The translations under genes and the position numbers were made by a program. Positions 1-9,852 of a DNA stretch of 64,000 nt are shown here, piece by piece. Location: assembly GCA_030432195.1 (NCBI GenBank), contig JAUIHE010000002.1, positions 5,045 to 69,044 of the forward strand. The letters run 5' to 3'. The stretch comes from Alphaproteobacteria bacterium (lineage in GTDB: Bacteria; Pseudomonadota; Alphaproteobacteria; UBA7985; JAUIBT01). How positions within the stretch are numbered: position 1 is the first letter of the stretch; each line of letters starts with the position of its first letter. The notes beneath the pieces were generated by a model, which searched no databases, was not told where the DNA came from, and worked only from the letters and a program-made list of their open reading frames with translations.

Positions 1-212
1 AGTGCCGCGATCAGATCAGAAAAGGGCTTGTAGGCCAAACTGGGCAGCGGCAGGCGCGTTAAAAAAAGAAGACAGCGCAGAACGTCGGCTGGCAAGTCTT
101 TGACAGTCTCCACAAAAACGCGCACTTAGAGCCCCTCTTCAATTGCGGGGCAAAGAATCTGGCCCCAAAAACAGCACAAGCACCTGCTGAAAGTTTAAGG
201 ATCTATAGCCCA

Positions 213-1244
213 ATGGCGCAGCAAATCCCAAGCCGCTTTGATGATATTCGCAAGATCTTTGCCCACTTGCCCGGGCCTGATTTGGACGCAGCAAGCCTGG
301 TGGCCCAGCGCGAAGCGCAATTGACCAAGCCCGGTGGCTCGTTGGGGCGCCTTGAAGAAATTACGGATTGGATGGCGCGTTGGCAAGGCACCGCTAGTCC
401 CCGTGCAGATCATCCGCGCGTTGCCGTGTTTGCGGCCAACCATGGCGTTTGCGATCAGGGGGTCTCGGCCTTTCCGCAGGCGGTAACAGAGCAGATGGTG
501 GCCAATTTCTTGAACCAAGGCGCAGCGGTCAACCAGCTTTGCGCCTTGGTCGATGCCGATTTGCGGGTCTATGAAATGCAACTGGATGAGCCGACCAAGG
601 ACTTCAGCTTGGAGCCCGCCATGAGCGAAGAGGAATGCGCGCACGCCATGGCCTATGGCATGATGGCGGTTGATGATGAGATCGACATTCTTTGCTTGGG
701 CGAAATGGGGATCGGCAATACCACCGCGGCCGCTGCGCTGGCTTTGGCCTTGTTCGGTGGCACGGCGGCCGATTGGACCGGCGCGGGCACGGGCGTCGCT
801 GGCGCGGACTTGCAGCGCAAGACCGATGTGGTGCAGCGCTCGGTTGAACTGCACAAGCCTGACATGAGCGACCCGCTGGAGATCCTGCGCCGCGTTGGCG
901 GGCGTGAGTTGGCGGCCATTTGTGGGGCGATTTTGGCAGCGCGCATGGCGCAGGTCCCGGTTTTGCTGGATGGCTTCATTTGCACAGCCGCAGCGGCCGT
1001 GCTGGAAAAGGCCCAACCGGGCGCCCTGGATCATTGTATGGTGGCCCACCAATCAGCCGAGCAGGCACACGCAAGTTTGTGCGAAGCCATTGGGAAGCGC
1101 CCCTTGCTGCAACTGGATATGCGCTTAGGCGAAGCCAGCGGCGCAACCCTGGCGGTGGCTCTGGTTAAGGCCGCCCTGGCGACCCACCAAGGCATGGCCA
1201 CTTTCGAGGAGGCCGCAGTCTCTAATCGCGAGGCGGAACAGTAA
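213..1244 (+). CDS. cobT: nicotinate-nucleotide--dimethylbenzimidazole phosphoribosyltransferase
   Basis: 343-aa ORF; LTKPGGSLGRLEE near the N-terminus and a GEMGIGNTT motif, both typical of CobT. Confidence 0.9.
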   Translation: MAQQIPSRFDDIRKIFAHLPGPDLDAASLVAQREAQLTKPGGSLGRLEEITDWMARWQGTASPRADHPRVAVFAANHGVCDQGVSAFPQAVTEQMVANFLNQGAAVNQLCALVDADLRVYEMQLDEPTKDFSLEPAMSEEECAHAMAYGMMAVDDEIDILCLGEMGIGNTTAAAALALALFGGTAADWTGAGTGVAGADLQRKTDVVQRSVELHKPDMSDPLEILRRVGGRELAAICGAILAARMAQVPVLLDGFICTAAAAVLEKAQPGALDHCMVAHQSAEQAHASLCEAIGKRPLLQLDMRLGEASGATLAVALVKAALATHQGMATFEEAAVSNREAEQ

Positions 1245-1292
1245 GGGGGCTGGCTGCTTTGCGCTAGACGCAGAAGAGAGCTAAAACAGGGA

Positions 1293-2759
1293 ATGGCGGA
1301 CAAAGAGCAAAACACGGCAGCTGAACAGCGACCGGACGACGGAGCGAAACCGCGCAAGCTGTCCCCGCGTCGTCGCAAGGCCACAGAGCGCGCCAAAGCC
1401 CGGCGCGCTGCGCGTCCATCCGTTCGGCGGGTGGTATCAACGCCTTTGTCCTCGCCCTACGCAGGCCAGTCACCCCGACTGAACTTGTTTACGCTGGTCG
1501 CTATTCGCTGGATCGCCATAGCGGGCCAAGCGCTGACCATCGCCATCAGCATTGCCATGGGCTTTGTGATGCCCGCGGGTCTGGCGATGAGCGTTGTCTT
1601 GATCTCCGCGCTGGTCAATTTGTGGATCATGTCTCGCCGTCGCTTGCGACAAGGCCGCTCGTCGGCCTGGATCGGTGGCCGTTTAGCCATGGCGATCTTG
1701 TTGTTCGATTTGTGCCAATTGACGATCTTGTTGTTGCTCACTGGCGGCATCACCAACCCCTTTGCGATCTTGATGCTAGCGCCGGTCACGGTGTCTGCGG
1801 CGACCTTGTCGCGAAAGGAGACCAGCGTCATTTCGGTCACCGCTATTGCCATGACCTTGCTGACGATTTTTGTCTCCACGCCTCTGCCCTATATTGAGCA
1901 GGCTCTAGAGATTCCGCCCTATTATCGCTTGGGCCTCGGGACCGCTCTGATCTTGGCCATCGCCTTTACGGCCTTCTATCTCTCTAATATTGCGGAACAA
2001 TCGCGTACCATGGCCTCGGCCTTGTCCTCGGTGCATTTGGCGCTGGAGCGGGAGCAGCGCTTGTCGGCGCTGGGCGGCTTAGCGGCGAACGCGGCGCATG
2101 AGTTGGGCACGCCGCTGGCGACCATTGCGGTGGTGGCCAAGGAAATGTGGAAGGAAGCGCCAGAAGGATCGAGCGTCAAGGAAGACGCGGGCCTGCTGGT
2201 CGAAGAAGCCGACCGCTGCCGCACGATCCTGACCGAGATATCGCGCTCTAAAAAGCTGGATGACGGGGTTTCCTACAATCACCTGCCCATGGCCTCAATC
2301 ATCGACTTAGCGATTGAACGGCACGCGCTCAACTACGACTGCCCGGTGTTGGTCACGCTCTATCCGCCAGAGGGGCAGGGCGAGCAAGACCAGCCCATGT
2401 TTGCCCGACAACCTGAGTTGGTTCACGGGCTGGGCAATTTGGTGCAAAATGCTTTGCAGCACGCTGAGCAGCAGGTATGGGTTGGCCTCAGCTGGACCGA
2501 GACCCACATACTTGTTCAAGTTGAGGATGATGGCCCTGGATTTGAACCAGATCTTTTGTATCGTCTAGGCGATCCCTATCTGAAGGGCGAGCAGGAGCGC
2601 AAACGCGGCGGTTCGTCTATGGGCATTGGTGTCTTTATCGCGACGACCCTGCTCAATCATTGTGGGGCGACGGTGACGTTTTCGAATCGACAAGAGGGTG
2701 GTGCCTCTGTTGAAGTGAGCCTAGAGCGCAAAGATGCTGCGCATAGAGTTCAGAGCTAA
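1293..2759 (+). CDS. regB: redox-sensing sensor histidine kinase, RegB/PrrB/ActS family
   Basis: 488 aa; multi-TM N-terminal half; H-box AAHELGTPLATI; C-terminal ATPase domain (DDGPGF); sits directly upstream of regA. Confidence 0.85.
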   Translation: MADKEQNTAAEQRPDDGAKPRKLSPRRRKATERAKARRAARPSVRRVVSTPLSSPYAGQSPRLNLFTLVAIRWIAIAGQALTIAISIAMGFVMPAGLAMSVVLISALVNLWIMSRRRLRQGRSSAWIGGRLAMAILLFDLCQLTILLLLTGGITNPFAILMLAPVTVSAATLSRKETSVISVTAIAMTLLTIFVSTPLPYIEQALEIPPYYRLGLGTALILAIAFTAFYLSNIAEQSRTMASALSSVHLALEREQRLSALGGLAANAAHELGTPLATIAVVAKEMWKEAPEGSSVKEDAGLLVEEADRCRTILTEISRSKKLDDGVSYNHLPMASIIDLAIERHALNYDCPVLVTLYPPEGQGEQDQPMFARQPELVHGLGNLVQNALQHAEQQVWVGLSWTETHILVQVEDDGPGFEPDLLYRLGDPYLKGEQERKRGGSSMGIGVFIATTLLNHCGATVTFSNRQEGGASVEVSLERKDAAHRVQS

Positions 2760-2834
2760 CACGGCCTAAAATCTGATAGGCCACCAAGGATTTGGCCCTG
2801 CTGCCTGGGCCGGACTGGAAGAAGGAAAGATTGC

Positions 2835-3401
2835 ATGAACGACGAATTTGCAGGTCTGGGCGATGACGACGCAAGCCGCGGCACGCTGTTGATCGTGGAC
2901 GACGACGAGCGCTTTGCAACCCGCTTGGCCCGTGCCATGGAGCGCAAAGGCTTTGAGGTCTCAACCGCGCTGTCCGTATCGGATGCCAAGGAAGCGTTGC
3001 GCGCCTACCTGCCAGACTACGCCGTTGTGGATCTGCGCTTGGGCGACGGCTCCGGGTTGGATTTCGTCACCTTGTTGAAGGAAAGTGAGGCCCACACCCG
3101 CATCGTCATGCTGACCGGTTACGGCAATATCGCAACGGCGGTGTCTGCGGTGAAACTGGGCGCGGTGGACTATCTGCCAAAGCCTGCGGATGCGGACGCG
3201 GTCGAGGCGGCCTTGGTCAAGCACGACGGCCTGTTGCCGCCGCCGCCGGAAAACCCCATGTCGGCCGACCGCGTGCGTTGGGAACACATCCAGCGGGTCT
3301 ATGAGCAGTGTGGGCGCAACGTCTCTGAAACGGCCCGCCGTTTGCGTATGCACCGCCGTACATTGCAGCGCATCTTGAACAAGTACGCGCCGAAGCCTTA
3401 A
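2835..3401 (+). CDS. regA: response regulator RegA/PrrA/ActR
   Basis: 188 aa; receiver domain (LLIVDDD...DLRLGDGSG); near-invariant C-terminal HTH NVSETARRLRMHRRTLQRIL. Confidence 0.9.
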   Translation: MNDEFAGLGDDDASRGTLLIVDDDERFATRLARAMERKGFEVSTALSVSDAKEALRAYLPDYAVVDLRLGDGSGLDFVTLLKESEAHTRIVMLTGYGNIATAVSAVKLGAVDYLPKPADADAVEAALVKHDGLLPPPPENPMSADRVRWEHIQRVYEQCGRNVSETARRLRMHRRTLQRILNKYAPKP

Positions 3402-3738
3402 GCCCTATTGACGGCCTTGGGCATCGGACCGTTGGCTTTGGTAAGGCCTTGCCTTGCCTCAAGATGCCTCTTTGCGGTCAAAGGGCGTAACGGGGCTCAG
3501 CGTCGCCGCTAAAGGAAAGGACCGCTTCTCTTGGGGGCAGCCGCGGGCCATGCCGCCTGCGCCGTGTTGGTCACTCCCCAACGCTAACTGAGGCTTTGGC
3601 CAGGCACTTGTTCGCGCATCGCCGGTGCCTGCAAGCAGCCAAGCACAGCGGTTCCTCTCGGCTTGGGCTCCGCTTTCTTTGCCTTAGGGACTTTGGCGAG
3701 GCCCCGGTTGGCCGCCGCCGTTTTGGCTAAATTTCGCA

Positions 3739-3767
3739 CTGGCAATTGAGCAGCCATGGCTTATGAT
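3739..3767 (+). promoter_or_regulatory. candidate sigma70-type promoter (CTGGCA-N17-TATGAT) upstream of leuS
   Basis: -35-like CTGGCA at 3739-3744, a 17-nt spacer, -10-like TATGAT at 3762-3767; found by eye only. Confidence 0.3.
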
Positions 3768-3773
3768 ATGGGG

Positions 3774-3818
3774 ACTCCTGCGCTGTTGGCCTTTGTTGGG
3801 CCGGGCGCAGGAGTTTTT
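3774..3818 (+). terminator. hairpin plus U5 tract (intrinsic-terminator-like) in the leuS leader
   Basis: ACTCCTGCGC (3774-3783) pairs perfectly with GCGCAGGAGT (3805-3814). The loop contains an inner GGCC/GGCC stem. TTTTT follows (3814-3818), 42 nt before the first leuS ATG. Confidence 0.5.
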
Positions 3819-3855
3819 CATCTTCTCCCGACCGATCAAATAAAAGCTGACGCAG

Positions 3856-3900
3856 CCCCATGTCCGAACGCCCCATGTCCGAACGATCTATGTCCGAACG
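3856..3900 (+). repeat. 15-bp tandem repeat x3 (CCCCATGTCCGAACG) spanning the leuS start
   Basis: Units at 3856-3870, 3871-3885 and 3886-3900 (third unit starts ATCT). Each carries an in-frame ATG, giving [14 protein letters not shown]. Confidence 0.9.
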
Positions 3901-6436
3901 CTATTCCGCACACGAAACCGAAGTCAAATGGCAAGCCCGCTGGGACGAGGTTCAGGCCTCGCGCGCGCAGGCCAGCAACGACAAGCCCAAGTACTACGTG
4001 CTGGAAATGCTGCCCTATCCGTCGGGCGCAATCCACATGGGCCACGTGCGCAACTATGTTATGGGCGATGTGGTGGCGCGCTATAAGCGGGCCAAGGGCT
4101 TCAATGTCCTGCACCCCATGGGCTGGGATGCTTTCGGGCTGCCTGCCGAGAACGCCGCCTTTGAGCGTGGCTATCATCCGGCCAAGTGGACCTATGCCAA
4201 CATCGACGCCATGCGGGTTCAGTTGAAGCGTTTGGGCTTGTCGATCGACTGGCAGCGCGAGATTGCGACCTGTCATCCTGGCTATTACAAGCATCAGCAG
4301 CGCTTGTTCCAAGAGATGATGGCCGCGGGGCTGGTCTATCGCAAAGAGTCCTACGTCAACTGGGACCCGGTAGAAATGACGGTGTTGGCCAACGAGCAAG
4401 TCGAAGATGGTCGCGGGTGGCGCTCGGGCGCGTTGGTTGAAAAACGCCTGATGTCGCAATGGTTCTTCAAGATCACCGACATGGCCGAAGAGCTGTTGCA
4501 GGGCATCGAGACCTTGGAGCGCTGGCCGTCCAAGGTGCGCACTATGCAGACCAATTGGATCGGCAAATCGCAGGGTGCGCATGTGCGTTTTGGCATTCAG
4601 GGCCGCGATGAGGGCCTGGACATTTACACCACACGTCCAGACACGCTGTTCGGCGCCTCGTTTTGCGCTTTATCAGCCGAGCATCCCTTGACCCAGGAAT
4701 TGGCTCAGTCCAACGCCGACTTGGCGGAATTCGTCAAAGAATGTCAGCGCATGGGTACGTCAGAGGCGGTGATCGAAAAGGCCGAAAAGCGCGGCATTGC
4801 TACCGGCTTGAAGGCCCTTCACCCGCTGGACGGCCGCGAATTGCCGATCTATGTCGCCAACTTCGTTTTGATGGACTACGGCAGCGGCGCCATTTTCGGC
4901 TGTCCCGCGCACGATCAACGCGACTTGGATTTTGCGCGCAAGTACGGCCTGGACGTGACCCGCGTGGTGGCTGGGCCCGACGGCGAGACCGGGGATGTCG
5001 GCAACGAAGCCTACACCGGCCCCGGCCATATCATAAACTCCGACTTCCTGGATGGCCTGGATATCGAGGCTGCCAAAGCCAAAGCGATCGACACCCTAGT
5101 CGCTAAGGGCGTGGGCAAAGCGCAGACCAACTACCGCTTGCGCGATTGGGGCGCCTCGCGCCAACGCTATTGGGGATGCCCCATTCCAGTGGTACATTGC
5201 TCAAGCTGTGGCGTGGTGCCGGTGCCCAAAGATCAGTTGCCGGTGCAGTTGCCCGAGGATGTGACGTTCGATAAGCCCGGCAATCCCTTGGACCATCACC
5301 CGACTTGGAAGCATACGGCCTGCCCTAGCTGTGGCGGCGAGGCCCTGCGGGACACGGATACCATGGATACCTTCGTGGACTCCTCCTGGTACTATTTGCG
5401 CTATTGCTGCTCCGACGATGCAGACAATCCGCTGAACGATGAGGCCAACTATTGGATGACCGTCGATCAGTACATTGGCGGTGTTGAGCACGCGGTCTTG
5501 CACTTGCTGTATTCGCGCTTCTTCATGCGGGCTTTGAAAAAGTTGGGCTATGTCACGGCGGAGGAGCCCTTTGCTGGCTTGTTTACGCAAGGCATGGTGA
5601 CCCACGAGACCTATCAAGACGCAGATGGGAAATGGCTGAGCCCCGATGACATTAAGCGCGATGAGGGCGGCGATTGGACGACCTTGGACGGCGGCCCGGT
5701 GGCGGTTGGCGGCGTTATCAAAATGTCCAAGTCAAAGCGCAACGTGGTCGATCCCGAGACTATTGTTAGGTCCTATGGCGCGGATACGGCGCGCTTTTTC
5801 GTCATGTCAGACAGCCCGCCGGAACGCGACTTTGAGTGGACCGAGGCGGGCGTCGATGGCGCTTATCGCTTCACCCAGCGTGTTTGGCGCGTCTTTGCCG
5901 AAGCCGCAGAGCGGGCACAGAACGGAGCGACGGGAGGCGGTGAGGCCGCCGACACGGCTTTGCGCAAAGTCATGCATCGCTTGGTGGATGGCGTGTCCAA
6001 GGACATCGAGGGCTTTGCCTTTAACAAATCTGTTGCGCGCCTGTATGAAGCGGTGAACGAGATGTCTCGCGCTTTGAGCGAGGGCAAGGTCGGTGCGGCG
6101 GCACTGCGCGAGGCTCTGGACTATCTTTGCCTGGCGTTGGCGCCCTTCATGCCCCACTTGGGCGAGGAGTTGTGGACCGAGTTAGGGCACAGCGACTTGG
6201 CCTGCGCCCAAGATTGGCCGAAGGTTGACCCGGCGATGCTGACCGACGACACCATCACTATGCCCGTTCAAGTCAACGGCAAGGTGCGGGCACAGATTGA
6301 CGTGCCAAAAGATCTACCTAAGGCAGAGGTCGAAGCTCGCGCTCTGGCTGATCCTGCTGTTGCCAAATTTATCGGCGATACCGGACCCAAGAAAATTATC
6401 GTGGTTCCGGGACGCATTGTGAATGTGGTTGTCTAA
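3860..6436 (+). CDS. leuS: leucine--tRNA ligase
   Basis: 858 aa; HIGH-type motif ([15 protein letters not shown]), KMSKS, CP1 editing domain. Start is ambiguous among ATGs at 3860, 3875 and 3890. Confidence 0.95.
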   Translation: MSERPMSERSMSERYSAHETEVKWQARWDEVQASRAQASNDKPKYYVLEMLPYPSGAIHMGHVRNYVMGDVVARYKRAKGFNVLHPMGWDAFGLPAENAAFERGYHPAKWTYANIDAMRVQLKRLGLSIDWQREIATCHPGYYKHQQRLFQEMMAAGLVYRKESYVNWDPVEMTVLANEQVEDGRGWRSGALVEKRLMSQWFFKITDMAEELLQGIETLERWPSKVRTMQTNWIGKSQGAHVRFGIQGRDEGLDIYTTRPDTLFGASFCALSAEHPLTQELAQSNADLAEFVKECQRMGTSEAVIEKAEKRGIATGLKALHPLDGRELPIYVANFVLMDYGSGAIFGCPAHDQRDLDFARKYGLDVTRVVAGPDGETGDVGNEAYTGPGHIINSDFLDGLDIEAAKAKAIDTLVAKGVGKAQTNYRLRDWGASRQRYWGCPIPVVHCSSCGVVPVPKDQLPVQLPEDVTFDKPGNPLDHHPTWKHTACPSCGGEALRDTDTMDTFVDSSWYYLRYCCSDDADNPLNDEANYWMTVDQYIGGVEHAVLHLLYSRFFMRALKKLGYVTAEEPFAGLFTQGMVTHETYQDADGKWLSPDDIKRDEGGDWTTLDGGPVAVGGVIKMSKSKRNVVDPETIVRSYGADTARFFVMSDSPPERDFEWTEAGVDGAYRFTQRVWRVFAEAAERAQNGATGGGEAADTALRKVMHRLVDGVSKDIEGFAFNKSVARLYEAVNEMSRALSEGKVGAAALREALDYLCLALAPFMPHLGEELWTELGHSDLACAQDWPKVDPAMLTDDTITMPVQVNGKVRAQIDVPKDLPKAEVEARALADPAVAKFIGDTGPKKIIVVPGRIVNVVV

Positions 6437-6959
6437 AGGTCTTGTCGGACTTGTATTTGCTGCGCTGGTGACGCTGAGCGTTACCGGCTGCGGGTTTCGC
6501 CCCGTTGGTCAGCAACAAGTTGTGCAGACCGAACGCTTTTCACAAGTCTTTGTCTTGCCGATCGCCAACCGCGAGGGCCAGCTGCTGCGCAATGCGATAA
6601 CGCAGCGCCTAAACCCCTATGGTGAGCCGAGCGATCCTCGCTATCACCTGCGGGCTCAGTTGTTGCTGGCGACGCGCAGCCTTGGGGTGCGTGCAGAGGG
6701 CGATACCACCCGCGCGCAGCGCGTGATGACGCTTAATTACGAGTTGATTAACGCGCTCGACGGCAATGTCCTGGACGCCTCGACGCTGATCGAGCACGTC
6801 AGCTACAACGTAGCCGACTACGAATATTTGGACGATTTCGCGCTTGAATCAGCACATCAGCGCGGCATTGACGCCCTGGCTGAACAGTTAGAGCGGCGTT
6901 TGGCGCTGTTCTTCCAGCGTCAAGATGAAGGGCGGCAAATCGTGGATGAGCAGCTCTAG
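6423..6959 (+). CDS. lptE: LPS-assembly lipoprotein LptE
   Basis: 178 aa; lipobox LSVTGC followed by GFRP; overlaps the leuS stop, which is the conserved leuS-lptE arrangement. Confidence 0.7.
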   Translation: MWLSKGLVGLVFAALVTLSVTGCGFRPVGQQQVVQTERFSQVFVLPIANREGQLLRNAITQRLNPYGEPSDPRYHLRAQLLLATRSLGVRAEGDTTRAQRVMTLNYELINALDGNVLDASTLIEHVSYNVADYEYLDDFALESAHQRGIDALAEQLERRLALFFQRQDEGRQIVDEQL

Positions 6960-7192
6960 CTCCAACCCTGCAACCTGGGCTTGCCAGAATGCAGGCCCAA
7001 GCGGCGATCATCTGCCCCGCCAACGCCCAAAAACCTGAACAATTTCCTGCAATGTGCATTTCCGTCGAGCTAGGCCTAACGCCGGGCTTGTCCGCGGCTG
7101 TTGCATTTGCTTTGCTGCCGGCGTTCTTCTGCCAACCAGCGGCCGGCGTACAAGAGCCGCCCATACCAGAACACTTTAGGAGACGCACATCC

Positions 7193-8296
7193 ATGACCCA
7201 ATCGACCAATTCAGGCCGCCGCACGCTGCTGAAATCTGCGCTAAAAGTCGGGGGCCTGGCCGCCGGAGGAGTAGCCGCGACAGCGCTTACGGCGCCTGCC
7301 GTCCTGGCTCAACAGCGCCAAAAACTGGCCATGGTCACGTCATGGGTCAAGGGCTCGCCGGGCCCTGGCACGACAGCTGATCGCATCGCCGAGCGCATCA
7401 CACGCATGACCGCCGGACGCCTGGAGGTTCGGGTCTACGGCGCCGGTGAACTGACATCGCCCTTTGGCGTGTTGGATGCTGTGGGCTCCAATGCCGCTCA
7501 GCTGGGCCACACCGCCTCCTTCTTTTCTGCGGGCAAGTTTGCAGCAGCAGCGGCTTTTACCACGCTGCCGTTTGGCCTGGACGTTGCGGGCCATCAGGCA
7601 TGGATCGCGCGCGGGCAGGGGCAAGAACTGTGGGATGCGCTGTATGCGCCTGCAGGGGTCAAGCCGTTCTTGGCGGGTAATTCTGATTTCACGATGGGCG
7701 GTTGGTTTAAGGCGCCGCTGGGTTCGCTGGACGACCTAAAGGGTTTGCGCTTGCGGGTCGCTGGCCTGGGTGGCCAAATCTATGAGGCCCTGGGCGCGGT
7801 TCCCGCCCTGCTGCCGCCAGGCGAGATTTTCGGCGCGCTCAAGTCCGGTGCGATTGATGGCGTGGAGTTTTTGGGGCCCTTCAGTGATCGCGCTCTGGGC
7901 TTTGCAAAAGCGGCGAGCAACTATTACTGGCCGGGCTTCAACAAGCCCAATGGTTCCGCCGAGGGGCTCATTAACAAGGCGCTGTTTGACCAGCTCGACG
8001 AGGCCGACCGAGCCATTGTTACGACCGCCTTTGAGGTCGAGAACTATCACGGGTTGGCAGAAGCGTCTTGGTTCAATGGGCAGTCGCTAAGCGCGTTGCG
8101 CTCAGAGGGCGTGTCGGTGCAGCCGCTGCCAGCGGATATCATGCAGGCCGCCAAGACCGCCTGGCGTGATGTGCTGGCCGATTGGCGCGCCAAACATCCA
8201 GAGGTCGAGCCCATCTTGCAGTCCTATGAAACCGCTCTGGTTGCGCAGCAGGACTGGGCCTCGCTCAGCTTGCAGGCCTACGGCAAAATCGCCTAG
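7193..8296 (+). CDS. TRAP transporter substrate-binding protein (DctP-like) with Tat-type signal
   Basis: The ORF track starts at 6989, but the plausible start is the ATG at 7193 (MTQSTNSGRRTLLKSAL...AVLAQ, twin-arginine signal). Body matches TRAP periplasmic solute receptors. No DctQ/DctM gene nearby. Confidence 0.75.
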   Translation: MTQSTNSGRRTLLKSALKVGGLAAGGVAATALTAPAVLAQQRQKLAMVTSWVKGSPGPGTTADRIAERITRMTAGRLEVRVYGAGELTSPFGVLDAVGSNAAQLGHTASFFSAGKFAAAAAFTTLPFGLDVAGHQAWIARGQGQELWDALYAPAGVKPFLAGNSDFTMGGWFKAPLGSLDDLKGLRLRVAGLGGQIYEALGAVPALLPPGEIFGALKSGAIDGVEFLGPFSDRALGFAKAASNYYWPGFNKPNGSAEGLINKALFDQLDEADRAIVTTAFEVENYHGLAEASWFNGQSLSALRSEGVSVQPLPADIMQAAKTAWRDVLADWRAKHPEVEPILQSYETALVAQQDWASLSLQAYGKIA

Positions 8297-8314
8297 TGCG
8301 GCGCAGCAATCACC

Positions 8315-9085
8315 ATGGCTAGGGTCTTCGATTTTCGCGCCGATGTTGCCGCCGCTCGGCCCCTGGTCGTCTGCCTCACCTCACCGGTTGCCGCGCCTTT
8401 CACCGCGCAGTGTTTGTCGGCTCTGGGGGCGGTGCCGGTCATGCCTGGTCACATCGACGATCTGCCGGGGGCGGTGGCCCGCTGTGACGCGCTGCTGATT
8501 AACCTGGGGACCAGCGACGCGGCGCGCGCGGACTTGTTTCAAGTAGCCGTAGACAGTGCCAACCATGCGGCAAAGCCGTGGGTATTGGACCCGGTCGGGG
8601 CTGGCGGCGGTGCTTGGCGCACGCAGCTTGCACGGGATTTGGTCGGATGCGGACCGGCGATCGTCAAGGGAAACCCCGCCGAGGTGCGCGCTTTGGCGGG
8701 GCAGGCCGCCCAGCTGAAGGGCGTGGACTCCTTGGACGAAGTGGCCAGCGCGTTGGAGGCTGCCCAGCACCTGCTGGCTGGCGAACAGGGGCCGCGCGAG
8801 ATCGTTATAACCGGGCCGCAGGATGCCTGCTTAGACCGGAAAACCTCGGTGGCCTGGAGCCAGGGCGGGCACCCCTGGGCACCGCGCGTGGTCACCATGG
8901 GCTGCGCCTTGGGCGCCGTCTGTGCCGCAAGTGCGGCAGTTTATGCGTCGGAACAAGCGGGGCTGCTGGCAGCGCAAGCCTTCAAGGAAGCGGCCAGCTT
9001 TGCTGGGCTTTCGGCCAAAGGCCTTGGGAGTTTTATGACCGGATTTTTAGATGGGCTCGACGGATTGGGCGCTCTTAGAATCTGA
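8315..9085 (+). CDS. thiM: hydroxyethylthiazole kinase
   Basis: 256 aa; ThiM-like N-terminus (PLVVCLTSPVAAPFTAQCLSALGAVPVM) and overall length; lies 18 nt after the TRAP SBP gene. Confidence 0.85.
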   Translation: MARVFDFRADVAAARPLVVCLTSPVAAPFTAQCLSALGAVPVMPGHIDDLPGAVARCDALLINLGTSDAARADLFQVAVDSANHAAKPWVLDPVGAGGGAWRTQLARDLVGCGPAIVKGNPAEVRALAGQAAQLKGVDSLDEVASALEAAQHLLAGEQGPREIVITGPQDACLDRKTSVAWSQGGHPWAPRVVTMGCALGAVCAASAAVYASEQAGLLAAQAFKEAASFAGLSAKGLGSFMTGFLDGLDGLGALRI

Positions 9086-9145
9086 GGCTAAAGCAGGCTC
9101 AAACAACCGGCCCAAACAACCGATCTGGTCAAGAGGAAGTAAACC

Positions 9146-9823
9146 ATGCACCCCCCCCTTCAAGACAAAGACTGGCGGAGCCGCGCGGCTTTGGTGGAAA
9201 TTCTGCCGCTCTATCTGGTGATCGGGCCGGGCAATTGCCCCGAAGGTACCTGGCTGGGAGTCGCCCGGCAGGCGATGGAGGGCGGTGTGACCTGCCTTCA
9301 ATATCGGGACAAGACCAGCGATCCGGCCCGCTTTCTGGCCAACGCGCGCGCCTTGGTGGCAACCGCAGCGCCTTTTAACGTTCCGGTTCTCATCAATGAT
9401 CGCTTGGACATGGTGGCCCTGTCTGGCGCGCAGGGGGCTCATATTGGCCAAGACGATGCCACCCCCAAACAAGCGCGAGATTTTTTGGGTGAAAAAGCAA
9501 TACTAGGTTTGAGTGTCGGTTCTCTAGAAGAATTTGAAACTCATGATCCGCGACTGGTCGATTACTTAGGCGTTGGCCCGGCCTTTTCAACTACAACGAA
9601 AGCCGACTCGGGTGATGCAATTGGACCAGAGGGCATATCTGCTATCTTAGAATGCACAACAACTCCCGTCGTTGCTATTGGAGGAATTACAACAGATTCA
9701 ATTCCTTACCTTTATGGGCTAGGTCTGAATGGTGTCGCGTTGATCACATTTATTACCAGGAATCGGGATCCCAAAAGGGCCAGCCTTGACATGGCGGCCA
9801 AAGTAAAGATGCTTACCGCCTGA
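9146..9823 (+). CDS. thiE: thiamine-phosphate synthase
   Basis: 225 aa; LQYRDK, INDR and GVGPAFSTTTK motifs of ThiE. Confidence 0.85.
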   Translation: MHPPLQDKDWRSRAALVEILPLYLVIGPGNCPEGTWLGVARQAMEGGVTCLQYRDKTSDPARFLANARALVATAAPFNVPVLINDRLDMVALSGAQGAHIGQDDATPKQARDFLGEKAILGLSVGSLEEFETHDPRLVDYLGVGPAFSTTTKADSGDAIGPEGISAILECTTTPVVAIGGITTDSIPYLYGLGLNGVALITFITRNRDPKRASLDMAAKVKMLTA

Positions 9824-9852
9824 TAACAACCAAAGGTATCCGGGGGTTTTGC

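Noticed and set aside
1-212. Possible cobalamin riboswitch upstream of cobT.
   Set aside because: No B12-box-like sequence is visible in the 212 nt available. The region is truncated by the window edge, so absence is not proven.
6960-7192. Possible TPP riboswitch upstream of the TRAP-SBP/thiM/thiE genes.
   Set aside because: There is no CTGAGA box and no ACCTGATCTGGATAATGCCAGCG-like core. Only a fortuitous AACCTGAAC is present.
6989-7192. N-terminal extensions proposed by the ORF track: 6989 for the TRAP SBP, 34220 for the membrane protein, 44872 for rluC, 63564 for chaC, 60535 for aroA and 11798 for the hypothetical protein.
   Set aside because: The extensions overlap upstream genes or operator regions, lack family similarity, and internal starts give canonical N-termini or signal peptides.
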